DNA of 63,016 bases, filler included, from Lenisia limosa (lineage: Eukaryota; Protista; Breviatea): the NCBI GenBank assembly GCA_001655205.1. It is 9 parts of 9 records of this genome, joined end to end, with 100 filler letters (N's around TTAATTAATTAA, not from the genome) between each part and the next. Parts side by side here need not be neighbours in the genome. Positions count along the whole stretch, not along the records: positions 18,822 to 45,026 come from LPNZ01008423.1; 8 more parts are not named here. The stretch is one strand, 5' to 3'. A model generated the notes under the pieces. It worked only from the letters and a program-made list of their open reading frames with translations, ran no database searches and was not told the origin of the DNA. Numbering within the stretch: position 1 is the stretch's first letter; each line of letters starts with the position of its first letter. Shown here one piece after another: positions 28,321 to 39,680 of the stretch. The position numbers and the translations under genes are program-made.

Positions 28321-29069
28321 GCTTAAAGCTGTTATATTAGTGTTAATTAGCTTAAGGGGAGAAGGAGGTGGGCAGAAGTGGAGTGTACGGAATGTGCGGA
28401 AAGATTAGAAGCCATCAAGACACTATTACCGAGAATCGTCTCAGATTTGTTTATATAACCAAAATTTGCAACATCTCCAACGCTTACAAGTTCGTTAAAC
28501 GACCTATTCAATCTGTCCAGCAACTCCTTTGTGCTGAATTCCGATCAAAGTGCGCTAGCTGCTGCTTTCTCACCAAGAACCACGCAGCACAACCACCAAG
28601 AGGAACAGATGGGCCGGAATGTGGTCTTGGGTCTTGGTCTTGTCTTGGGTTTATAAAATCCGAGCCACGGGTTGTGAATTTCTCATCTACTCATCCCTCA
28701 TACGCCACCTCGCGCAAACTCCAGTTATAAGGCCAAATGATGCCCAGTGCGTACCGGGAAATCCCTAGCCCTCGCGGTCTGTCTATTTCAAGTCTATTTG
28801 TCTACGTGTCATTTTTTTTATATAAAACATTGAGTATTTGAGTTTTCTTGTTTTCAGTTTCAGTTTTCAGTCCCTTACAATACATACTTTGAGATGAGAA
28901 TCTGGTCGAATCAGGCCTTTATTATCATTTCTTATGATGTATATATATTATATATCAAATATGATATACATTACATTAAAATATCAAAAAGACAAGAAAC
29001 AAAGAAACTGAAACTCAGAAAGAAAGAAAACAAAGAATAAATTGTGATAAAGTAAAAGGGGAATAGTAG

Positions 29070-32000
29070 TCAGCTGACAATCATCCGTGTTATGACCCCC
29101 AAAAGGCCAGCAGCCAAAAGGGAAGCAATTCCCTGTATAACTTCAAATGACACCTCACGGCCAAGAACCCTGAAAGTTGAGCTAAAGGCTAAACTTAGTT
29201 CATAATCTGATTGAAAAAGACTGTATACCTACAATTGCCTGTTGCATTATACCCCTTTGAATGATATTTGTAGAATGGGAGATGGTGACAATTACCAACG
29301 GCTTGTAGAGCAAGAAAAGGGGTGAACATGCTCATTGAAAGCTCGGAATCCCAAAAAAAGATGACCACTTCCATATGGCAACTTTCGAGTCAAAATTATA
29401 AACACAGATAATACGAGGGGTCACCTTGAGTGTATCAGAATTATTGAAACTAATTATTCTCCATTGAAAATGAGAGTTCAGACATGTGAAAATCATTCAG
29501 AATTGATATGATCAAGATTCTCTCAGCGATTCCCTCGCTCACTCAATTCGAGTATCGGATGTGGTAATCAGCCCTATGAGATCCTCCAAAAAATAGTGGC
29601 CCTCGCGATTGAACACTATTGACAGAGCAGTATTTGGGTACTACTTAGTCATTTTTGAGGTCAACACATGCATGAGAAAGGGTGTGTCATATTGAGCACA
29701 ATTAAATAGTATCATATATCTCCTTGCCGTAATGTGTTAAGGGCTTCCCTCCTTTCCAAAAAAGACCAGTAAAATCTATATTTTTAACAAACTCCGTCTT
29801 TTCTGGGACCATAGGGACGCTATAGTTACTAATCAGACATTATAAAATGGACAAATCAAACAACAAAGGATATGAAGCTCTGAAAAGCGTTGTAACAATT
29901 ACAGGAGATCGACATTTGGCCTGATATATCAATTTTTCACCTCTCAATTCCCCTAAAATCCCAACTACCGAAGAGAGTAGTTGGTCTAGAGTCAAGCCTT
30001 GGTGCCTGCTCATGAACCTGAGGTTCCTCTTTTCCAGTTCAAGAGTAGATCCTATCACCTACAAGGGGGTAAAGTTAAACAAGTATGTGATTTTGAACAA
30101 TAAAAGTAAATGTTTAGTAGTATATTTATATATCATATGATAGCTTTGTATTTACAAGAGAAAGTGAGATCTTTTTTGAAAACCCCGCTTTATCTTAACA
30201 TGACACATCCATACACACAGATACAACAAATACAATATAAATATCATAAAATAAAGACTTTGATAAGAAATCAATTCAAAATAAAAAATCATATCAGCAA
30301 ACCACCACCTACTCTCCGTGACACAATATCTCTGAGATGCATCTAAACTATTAAAAACAGCGTGGTGAAAAAATATATATAAAGGTTGCAATTATGCAGT
30401 AACACATTTAGCTGTGAAAACTTGATTGAATTACGAGCTTATCTGTTTCATAAAAGACAGAATTTGAACTAAAGTGAAGCAACCTGACACCACCACTCCC
30501 CTTAATAAGATTCCCACTTTTTCTCTGTGAAGAAGTCCGATATGCGATCTCAACTCGGCATTCACTGATGCTGCTGTTCTCAAACTCATAATTAGAATGC
30601 TGAGATGGTGAAAATACTAGGGACAAAGCATTCAGAATGCAAAAAAATGTCAGTAATCTATAGGCCTCATCACACACAATAATCCACATATCATTTATTG
30701 GAATATAGATAGAGCAAATTAGAAGGTAATAACTGAACTCACGAGGCAAATACGGCCATTGCTAATCCAAAGAAAATGGTCATATCATTGACTTCGGAGT
30801 AGATTACGATCCGCATTAAAACCAAGGCTGCAAGGAAACTGCAAGGTCAGAATTAGAACTCCGTTAGAAATGTATTCATCAAATACTAGTTTTATTGTGG
30901 AAATATAGCACAAAACATAAAAAGTATCACCACTTACATATTTGTGACAAGGCCAAAGCCCAAAAGCGACGACAGTCGAGCTAGTGCAGGCCTCATGCTG
31001 TCCTGGAAATGAACTCTGATCTTGGACCATGCAATGATCTAAAACAGATTATCTATTGTGAAAATCAAAATAAGTGTTGTGATGGTTGTGATCTGGGCAA
31101 CCCTTCAGTCGAAAAAGTCAAGATATTTATTGATGATTATCGACGTTTTTCGTTCAAAGTTAAGCACTAGTTCTGCTAAGTATAAGAACCTCCTTTCTGA
31201 ATAGATTACCAACACTCTATCGTCGGATTAAAGAGTGAATTGACACAAGTTGGATATTGTTAGTTTGAAAAAATTGTGGAGACAAAATGTATTCGTGAAT
31301 TATATGAATAGATTATTCAATTATTCTATATTACTATGTGGTTGCTCCAAATTGTCGTAAAATTATACTGGTACCATTCACTCTTATTTGAGAAAAGGCG
31401 GTATGCTTACGTTATCTAGGTATTGGAAGTTGAGGTAAGGAACTCCAAAGGCCATCCTTTCGTTGTCGTTATAATTGGAAAGTTGGCTACAATTAATAAA
31501 AAATGCTATTGTCAAGAGGTATTGGATGATTTGTGGGCAACAATAGTTGATATCTATATTTAATTTATTGAGATGAGAAATAAAACAAGATTGCATCTTG
31601 CCAAAATGATATATACCGATATATATACTATATGATATGTTATAATTAGGGTTGCCGGCAACTATTAAAATACATGTACATGGAACAAAAATTTACAAAC
31701 TCTAAGATTCATGACAATGTGACTATGTTTACAAACACCTGAGCATGGTTGCTAGTATTTTGTCTATTTTGGTACAATTTTGCATAAGACATTTCTGCAT
31801 TCCAACTGACCAAAAATTGTCAAAATTATACAGAGCTATATGATATATATTACACTAACTGGGATAAGTCTTGACCTATTTTCCTTGGGAAATCAGAGAG
31901 CAAATTGGTCAAGACTTATTCCGGTCACTGTATATATGATATAGCTATATACCGACTGACCTGAAAGCAGTAACCATGAATTGGTAACACATGAGAGAGA

Positions 32001-35000
32001 AAAAGTGTTTTGAAGACACTGCAATGGCAAGGTATACCTCAATTGTAAAAGCTATTCAAACTTTGAGTCCAAAGGCTTGGGGTGTACAAAATGTGTTATC
32101 AGTGTTGCGAGGTAAATCATGGGTAAAATTAAAATTAGGCACTATTGTTCAGTCTATCATTGATGCCTTTCTCACAACTCACAGAATAAACCTTGTATCA
32201 TATGATAATTGTAAGATAAAGCCATCCTACCCATGTGAATGTGAGAAAGCTGTTGAGAATCGTGCATTTCCTGTAAGGTAAAATTGCGAAAATCAATCAG
32301 AGTATGCCAATGCTTTGCTAAATCCCCTCCAAAACCCCGAGCAGCAAACACCCGGGTAAAAACCCGTGGCAGTGTGACTGTTCATCGCAGTGAGCATTGT
32401 ATTTGCATCCATTATATGTCACGGGTACCCAACCATTCAAAAGAAGACGTTTCACTTGTCTCGAGGAACCATATTTGGGGGACAAACGTCAGCAAAAAAG
32501 CTGAGATCAGTCCCAAAATGACACTGTTTCTAAAATGTGTTAGACGGTAAATAATACACAAGTGAAAACGTTGCGAATCAATCGAAGCTGATTTGGTATG
32601 AAAATTGGATCTTTTACTTTGTTCATCAAAACAGCACTTCTATCATTTTGTATTGTTTAACTACAAACGCTCAAACAATACCGCATTTTTAGATGAGCCG
32701 TATTTTCTTACAAACCTTTTGACTCTTCTGAGAAAACGTAATGTTTGACTTTCAAGACAAATCGAAATGTCATATCTAAATCGTCATATGATTATGGGGG
32801 TTGGGTCGATGAGGAATAACCTCAGGGTTAAGGATCATATCATCCTTGATAACACTTGCTATTCCGCATACGCATTGTCAACTGAAATAGACTTGGAGAA
32901 TAAATCCTACACAATCAGAAAAACGAAATAAATTCAAATTGAGTAAGGTGGCAAAATATAGTATAATACTCTATAATTGATATGATATCAATCTCCCACA
33001 ATATCCACACATCCACAAACTTTTAAACTATTGAGGCGTGGCAAATGGTGCAAGCTGGTAGTTCCTGTACTCAACGTTGCCCACGCGGGATACTAGCATA
33101 ATAAGTTCGGAAATAAGAGAAACAACTAACTACTGTGTTTGGCTTAGTTATTACAGTAGAGACTTTACTGTAAAAAATGGATACCTCTCTTGAAATGCAC
33201 CACTTACCGATTTAAGCCATGACCTCTCCATACACGACCCAACAATTCCGGAAGGCACCGCATGGACACACTACTGATGAAAGCGAGAGAGAAGGGGTAT
33301 TATATCATTAAATTGTTCAGGAGAGGGTTCTATCATAAAAAATGAATTATCTCAGCATGATAAGTCGGACCATCTCTACCTCCACAAACAGCAAAAAATA
33401 CGAAGCAGCAAACACCACTAAACCGCTGAAGAAGAGACAAGGTGCTGTGGTCGTGATCTGGATGAAACTGTTGAACCCCCTTGAAGAGCAAATTGCTAAG
33501 GGACTCATCAAAGAACAATAATATTTTGGTTATGAAGTTTTTTGAAGAAGATTTAAGAACTTCGGCTACGAATCTGAATCTTCAGATTTGGTTAAAAACC
33601 AAGCATAACTGTTTAATTGAGGCAACAATTACATCCAAGATCTGAGCAAACCTTTCATTCAACTGGAATATGAAGTATACATGTGTCATCAATACCAAGA
33701 CCCATGACAAAGCATCTAGAGAGATGAGAAGGATATTCAACACAATGCAAAAAACAATTTGAACTAATTGAAAAAAATATACATTATAAAATAGAAACCT
33801 TAGACCTCGGTGTTTTAGCCCCTTTTCTTGAAAATGAAAATTATCCCTTCATTGGTAATTATAAACAGTAAACTGACCGCGATAAGTCCTGACACTGATA
33901 TTGAGCTTTATCTTGAGTCAACCGTGTGAATACTTGTTGTGGTCAGTGTATGTACATGTATATACAAAAAATGATGAAGTTATTATCGTATGCATATATC
34001 ATATCTATAATATATAAATATCATTAGTTTTATTGTCAGCTAAACAATAATCCAGATGTTCTATTTCTTGTTTTGCTCTCAATTAATGTTATTATATATC
34101 ATATGTTAAAACATATAATAACATGTTCCAGGTATATTCTGAACTAACTTATGAGATACTACACACCCTTTTACATTTAAAGAAAAGCCTCCATGATGAA
34201 GAGTTGTTGAACAGATGCGTGGTGATTGAAGTTCGAATTTTTAACACACCTGGAAATAATCAGATCAGGAAACATAAAAACAAAGTATGATTCAACAACT
34301 CCCCTTTCAAAATGCCAATAAAACTCTTGTCCGCCAACAAAATAAGGGAAGGAGATAGGGGAAGAGAAGCCACGTCATCAACGTCATGAAGAAATGGCCT
34401 GATAGGAGATGAGTTGGTATTCTAATTCAGGAACAAGCTCTGATTTTTTTTCAAACAAGAAAAGAAAAATAGTCTGAAGGTTGTGACATCTTTTGTTCAG
34501 AGAAAAATGTGTCAGGCAATAATTCAAGTTGAAAGGAAGTTTAAAAAGAAATAATCAAAGTAACTGGTACATTGTGATACAATTCCATCTAACAAAAGTC
34601 ATTTACTTCATAAGAGCGTTAACCAACTTAGATAAACGTCAACATTCATCTTTTGTCGAAAGAAGCCTGGAGCGAACTCAAACTGGCTCTTCACAACCGA
34701 TTTCATAAACTGCAATATCAAGCATAGGATTTCGATTTCGTCCGAAAATAAACGACCTAATATGACAAAATTTCCAAAACGAAGACTGTTTTTTGGAACC
34801 AAAATTGGTCTACTAATCCCCCAATTATTCGGTGTTTGTTATCACCACACGTAATCTTGCTTTCTCTCCTTTCTCCACTTCCTCTTGTAAATTTGATGTT
34901 TATTAAGAAGATATTGGTTGGATATCCCCCTCCCTACCTTGCTGGTTGTCAAGGTCCGTTCGTGTCTGTGGGGAATAGACAGTCGTCTACGGGACTCTGG

Positions 35001-35072
35001 AGACTCTTCGACAACTCGAATGTCCATTGGTGGTATTTCATCATGGGTGGCCAGAGGACTTCTTTGCATCAT
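29070..35072 (-). CDS. PHTF: PHTF-like seven-transmembrane protein (7TMIC / insect chemoreceptor-related fold); 5' end uncertain
   Basis: Phase-consistent splicing of the 3' exons gives ...AFSQLSNYNDNERMAFGVPYLNFQYLDNIIAWSKIRVHFQDSMRPALARLSSLLGFGLVTNIFLAALVLMRIVIYSEVNDMTIFFGLAMAVFASILIMSLRTAASVNAELRSHIGLLHREKV...FLEDLIGLITTSDTRIDSTFRVLGREVSFEVIQGIASLLAAGLLGVITRMIVS* (TGA 29070-29072). This parallels the PHTF motifs VPxFxL..NIxxWxxxR, LLxEQI and DSPFRLYG...SGVISDLL. Further TM-like exons lie at about 33385-33495, 33630-33715 and 34180-34250. The assignment is at family level only. Confidence 0.65.
31853..31930. mobile_element. Palindromic ~80-bp MITE, Tc1/mariner-like (family B)
   Basis: Consensus TA|CAGTGACCGGGATAAGTCTTGACC...GGTCAAGACTTATCCCGGTCACTG|TA, i.e. 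about 24-bp TIRs with CAGTG-type ends and TA flanks. Other near-full copies are at 22826-22902, 36886-36964 and 62186-62255. Confidence 0.75.
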
Positions 35073-35936
35073 TGCAAGTATGACCCGTTTTAGGCCAGGA
35101 CAGCAGCTTTTTCGCTTTTACTGTGGAGTCAGAATTGTAGATTATCACCTTATTACAAAGTGATGGTCTGTAGGGCTGGTTACATTCTCCTACATAGGAC
35201 GGTCGGAAAAAGCCAGTAAAATATCGATGTTTTTTGAGGTTTTATCAAGAAAATCTGTCATATCTGGAGATGCTACATTATTATGCGAATGTCAGACAAG
35301 AGTGGATAGTATTGATTCAAGCAACCGTTGGAGATTACCGCACAAACAAATCATCAAAAAAGGGTAGCGCATGAGGTGCTTTAAAAAACAAGAAGACGTA
35401 TCACCCAGCCTACCAAAGTAAGAATAATCTCACAGTGTTGGTGATAGCAGAGCTAGCCTAACCTGCCACATAACTTGATACAATTAAAGTTAATTATTAG
35501 GAGACAATACTCGTCTCTCTTGTATTTCAAGCCTGGTCTGAGTTCATTAGTTATCAGAGTCAGAGGGCGGTGATCAATTGAAAACAGGACAAAGGTGGGT
35601 TCGAGAATACTCCTCCTATATTCAATTCACTGGTCAAATTTACATGGTTAAATAGAGGATAAAGGGGATGGCTGGCTGCTGCCTACACTTGTTCAAACCA
35701 AAGAGTATCAATTCACGGATTTTATCTTGAACACTGTTGTTGCTCCTTCAGCTCCTTTTCATTTCCTTTCCTGCACATATTGACAAATTTTACTAGTATA
35801 TTCAGGAATTGAGGAGTTTACTCCGGTAGTGTTTTAAGATTTGGAGATCTTGCATTTCTCTTCCCGTTTGTCAATCTCAATCTGTGTTCTTGAACAGGGC
35901 CTTAACGCACTGGGCACCATACAACATTCCCCGTTA

Positions 35937-38900
35937 ATGGGCCTGTTGTACCTCTTGGTATGGCTGAGTATCTTGCAGATCTGCCGTGCTTACGACCAAT
36001 CTATTCCGTATGTTNNNNNNNNNNNNNNNNNNNNNNNNNNNNNNNNNNNNNNNNNNNNNNNNNNNNNNNNNNNNNNNNNNNNNNNNNNNNNNNNNNNNNN
36101 NNNNNNNNNNNNNNNNNNNNNNNNNNNNNNNNNNNNNNNNNNNNNNNNNNNNNNNNNNNNNNNNNCTCCACATGGAGCATATCATCGTACACTGACTCTG
36201 GGATAATTGCTGAAATGAATGGGTAGGATGAAGCTCAAAATCACTGGAAATACTTATCGCGGTCTGTATATACCTGTATATCGCCTTACTATGACGTATC
36301 CTTCTTCGATATTTGCCTTTTTTATGTACTCCATAAGTTTCTTGCGTCAATCTGTGATCCCCCCCCCCCCCNNNNNNNNNNNNNNNNNNNNNNNNNNNNN
36401 NNNNNNNNNNNNNNNNNNNNNNNNNNNNNNNNNNNNNNNNNNNNNNNNNNNNNNNNNNNNNNNNNNNNNNNNNNNNNNNNNNNNNNNNNNNNNNNNNNNN
36501 NNNNNNNNNNNNNNNNNNNNNNNNNNNNNNNNNNNNNNNNNNNNNNNNNNNNNNNNNNNNNNNNNNNNNNNNNNNNNNNNNNNNTTCAGTTATCGTCCAA
36601 TTTACCCCCCCCCCCAGGCTAATAGCTGAGCCTCTTGACGCACCCGACTTTGAAGCCTTTGTGGGATGGGGTTAGATTTGTTCTGTATTATTATAACTGC
36701 ATTTTGGTTACCAAAAGACGGATGCAATCGTGTCAATAATTTTGTTATTATTTGAGTTTGAAGTGGTGCACTATTCAACCATACACAAATATGGTATATA
36801 TCCTAGAAATATCGAATTATACACTTGTCTTTTGTTAGGGCTGAAAGTGAAGACTGTTTACTATATTATATCAGATATCGATGTAAAGTGACCGGATAAG
36901 TCTTGACCGATTTACTATGTGATTTCTCAAGGAACACGGTCAAGACTTATCCCCGGTCACAATGTACAGATTAAAAATCATACAGTCAACGTCTTATGTT
37001 TCCTTGAAATATGACTACGATTACTTTTCTTGCATTTGCCTATTGAATCCTCTCGAGTTGTTTTTTTTTCTCCTTAAAATTCCCCCCTGATACCATTGCC
37101 GCAGAATGTGCATGGAGGCGTTTTCAAGTTATCAGACCTCACAGGAGCAGGGCATGTGGTTGGCGGAGGGTGTGGGGAATGCAATGAGAAATAAAAAATA
37201 AGGAAGTATCTGGCCGACGCCACATCATCATGCTTATAAGAGATATTGGATTATGGTATAATATTAATTCACCCAATCATTTGCCTTTCAATTCTGTGCA
37301 CACAGCTTTCTGCGTGTCTCCCCAGCATACATGTAGTGTAGATAGGGCTTCCTTTCAGCCCAAAGAAGACTGGGTTTCTCGATAATCCACGATAATATGG
37401 TCAGACCCGTCGACCCCAGCACATTGTATTTATCTATCTTACTGTACTATGTCAAAAAGAGAGAAAAACAAGGTAGTACCTCTCAGAAGCCGTTACAGAC
37501 AGTGGATTATTGATTATTGCATAAATAATAACCTTACAGGTTGTTTTGGATCTTTTCAGCACGTTATGCCCCCCATGCAGAAAACTTGCGAAATTTGTCC
37601 TTAAGTGAGTTGGGGTTCAGCTTAGAAAATATAGAAGTATTGTTTTTTTTTCAGAATTTATCAAAATGTGATCAGGGAATAATAAATAAGTATGTCTAAC
37701 TTTTTTGACGCCTTCACTCTGACAAATTAGACTGGTACGATAATCTGATTCATATTTTTGGCAAAATTGTTTTGAAACCGTGTAGTATTTTATCTTTTTA
37801 TCTTTTTTCTTTCTTTGCTTCATATATTCCCTGAATCACATCCTCAGACCCCTTCATGACGTTTTGACAGCGCAATCAGTTGAGGATGTCGACGTAGGTG
37901 ATGGTTTGTTTGTGGCAGTTATTGTTGTTGTAAAGAGTCTACTGAGAAACTCGCGTTTTGTACACATTAGAGCTTGACCTACTGTTCCAATAAATACTGA
38001 ATCCTAGATAAATCCTCGATAAATATCGAAAGTGGTGCTATTTTATAAATATGTATTATGTGATGATAACTTTATAGGAGCTGTTCATTCAGGACAAATG
38101 AGAATTGTCGTTATTTACAATTTGATCCATTATTTGGAATTGAATTAAAGCTCTGAAGCTGTTGATTTTATCTCATATCACCTTATCCATACTAGATTAA
38201 ACTGAACTTGGCCCCATGCAATTTATTGAGAAATGAATTGTGATTTTTAGTGCGGGATATAGTATATAACCGGAACTATGTTTCTAGATCTTTTATTTCG
38301 AATGATGTCATACTTCGCAGCTTTTGTCCGTGACAGTCAATCCTCATGACACCTTCCCAATCCTGCGGTCATTCATTTCCACTGAAGGCTACCAATGGCC
38401 ACATTGCACCGCACCGGAGTACAATGTATGCTAGGCTTTCCCTCGCAAAATATTTTCTTCCTCGATTATCCTCACATAATATGGATTTTTCCCTTAAACA
38501 AAAAAAAATACGAAGTGTATTTAATGCTTCTTTGGATTCCTTAAAAAGTGAAATTTTGGAAAATCGTCGAATAATATATTTTTTGCTTTTGGATTAAAGT
38601 GCCTCCCGCTTGAGTAGATACACCCATGTCTGGGTCAGCTTGCTAATCAGAGTTTTCTAACTGAGTTAACACCTTCTAGCTTGGCATGATGTACAACGCC
38701 TATTACATTCCAAGTATTTCGTTTATCGGACCTGACGGGAAGGTATGTGGGGATTGTCTTTATGTTATGACCCTTTTTTTAATGAACAGATCCATGCCCG
38801 ATGGGGAGGTGGAGACGGACCTATTTCACCCGACATTATGCTGGCTACCATTGCTTCGATTATTGACAGGTTTGTTCGGATAAATCTAATAAACAGCTGC

Positions 38901-39646
38901 CAAATGCACATATTTGCTTTAATCATCTAGTGATAGAGTATGATCTTAATATATTATCATATCAATTTTCGATATCTAGGAAATCATTTAAATTGATATC
39001 GATATATCGATATATACTTAGTATATCATTCTAAATCCATATCGATATATATACTAGTATATCAGATATTTAAAGGGACAGTGGTAGGTCTTGACTGAAG
39101 GAAAATGGTCATGTCTTGCCAGTATCATTTAAAATAATATCCAAGCTTCAATGTAATTCACCCATACATCTATCAAACCTTTGAGAACAGAGCCTATCAT
39201 ATGTCTGAAAAGTTTATTGTGTAACTGCCCTCTTACTTTCATCATATCTACATGTGTATGGATACGTTTCAGGGTAGATGGAGTGGAGCTTGCCAGTGAA
39301 AATGCAGACATTAACGAGCAAGAAAATGATCCAAGTATGTGGTGCTCGTGTGACACTTTTTAATCTGTTGTGAAACTTGGAATATCCAACTGCATGTGTA
39401 CACTGCCTTAACCAAAAGAGAACTGTTGCACATTTTGGATAATCAATTTATTTTACCCACTTCTACCTTCCTCCACACTAAACATCTATTTTGACCTCAT
39501 CCCCCCCTCCTTCAGGTTCCAATGAAGACCCTGAGGATGGAGTATGTAACCCAGATGATGCAGTGACGGGGTGTGGTGATCCCAATCAAGGCAATCAAGA
39601 CCCTGAAAAGCCTGGACCGGAAGCGCGAAGTATCGCTGAACTTCCT
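35937..39646 (+). CDS. Signal-peptide-bearing TlpA/ResA-type thioredoxin (redoxin) domain with CPPC active site; probably the N-terminal half of a fusion with the downstream CcdA domain
   Basis: The spliced product is MGLLYLLVWLSILQICRA-YDQSIP|STWSISSYTDSGIIAEMNG|LIAEPLDAPDFEAF|NVHGGVFKLSDLTGAGH|VVLDLFSTLCPPCRKLAKFVLK|PLHDVLTAQSVEDVD|LLSVTVNPHDTFPILRSFISTEGYQWPHCTAPEYN|LGMMYNAYYIPSISFIGPDGK|IHARWGGG..., followed by an acidic linker. CPPC is at 37567-37578. The checked junctions are GT-AG and phase-compatible (one acceptor lies in an N gap). Confidence 0.85.
36886..36964. mobile_element. MITE family B copy
   Basis: GTGACCGGATAAGTCTTGACCG...CGGTCAAGACTTATCCCCGGTCAC in an intron of the thioredoxin gene. 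Confidence 0.7.
37186..37282. repeat. Dispersed ~95-bp intronic repeat (family D)
   Basis: AAATAAAAAATAAGGAAGTATCTGGCCGAC...AAGAGATATTGGATTATGGTATAATATTAATTCACCCAATCAT is the near reverse complement of 47385-47482 (PUS7 intron). A diverged partial copy is near 60290-60350. Confidence 0.7.
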
Positions 39647-39680
39647 GTTTGAGGATCATATGGAGTTCATCATATTTTAG

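Noticed and set aside
31646-31665. TAGGGTTGCC hAT-like terminus
   Set aside because: It is a single occurrence with no matching inverted partner or 8-bp TSD found nearby.
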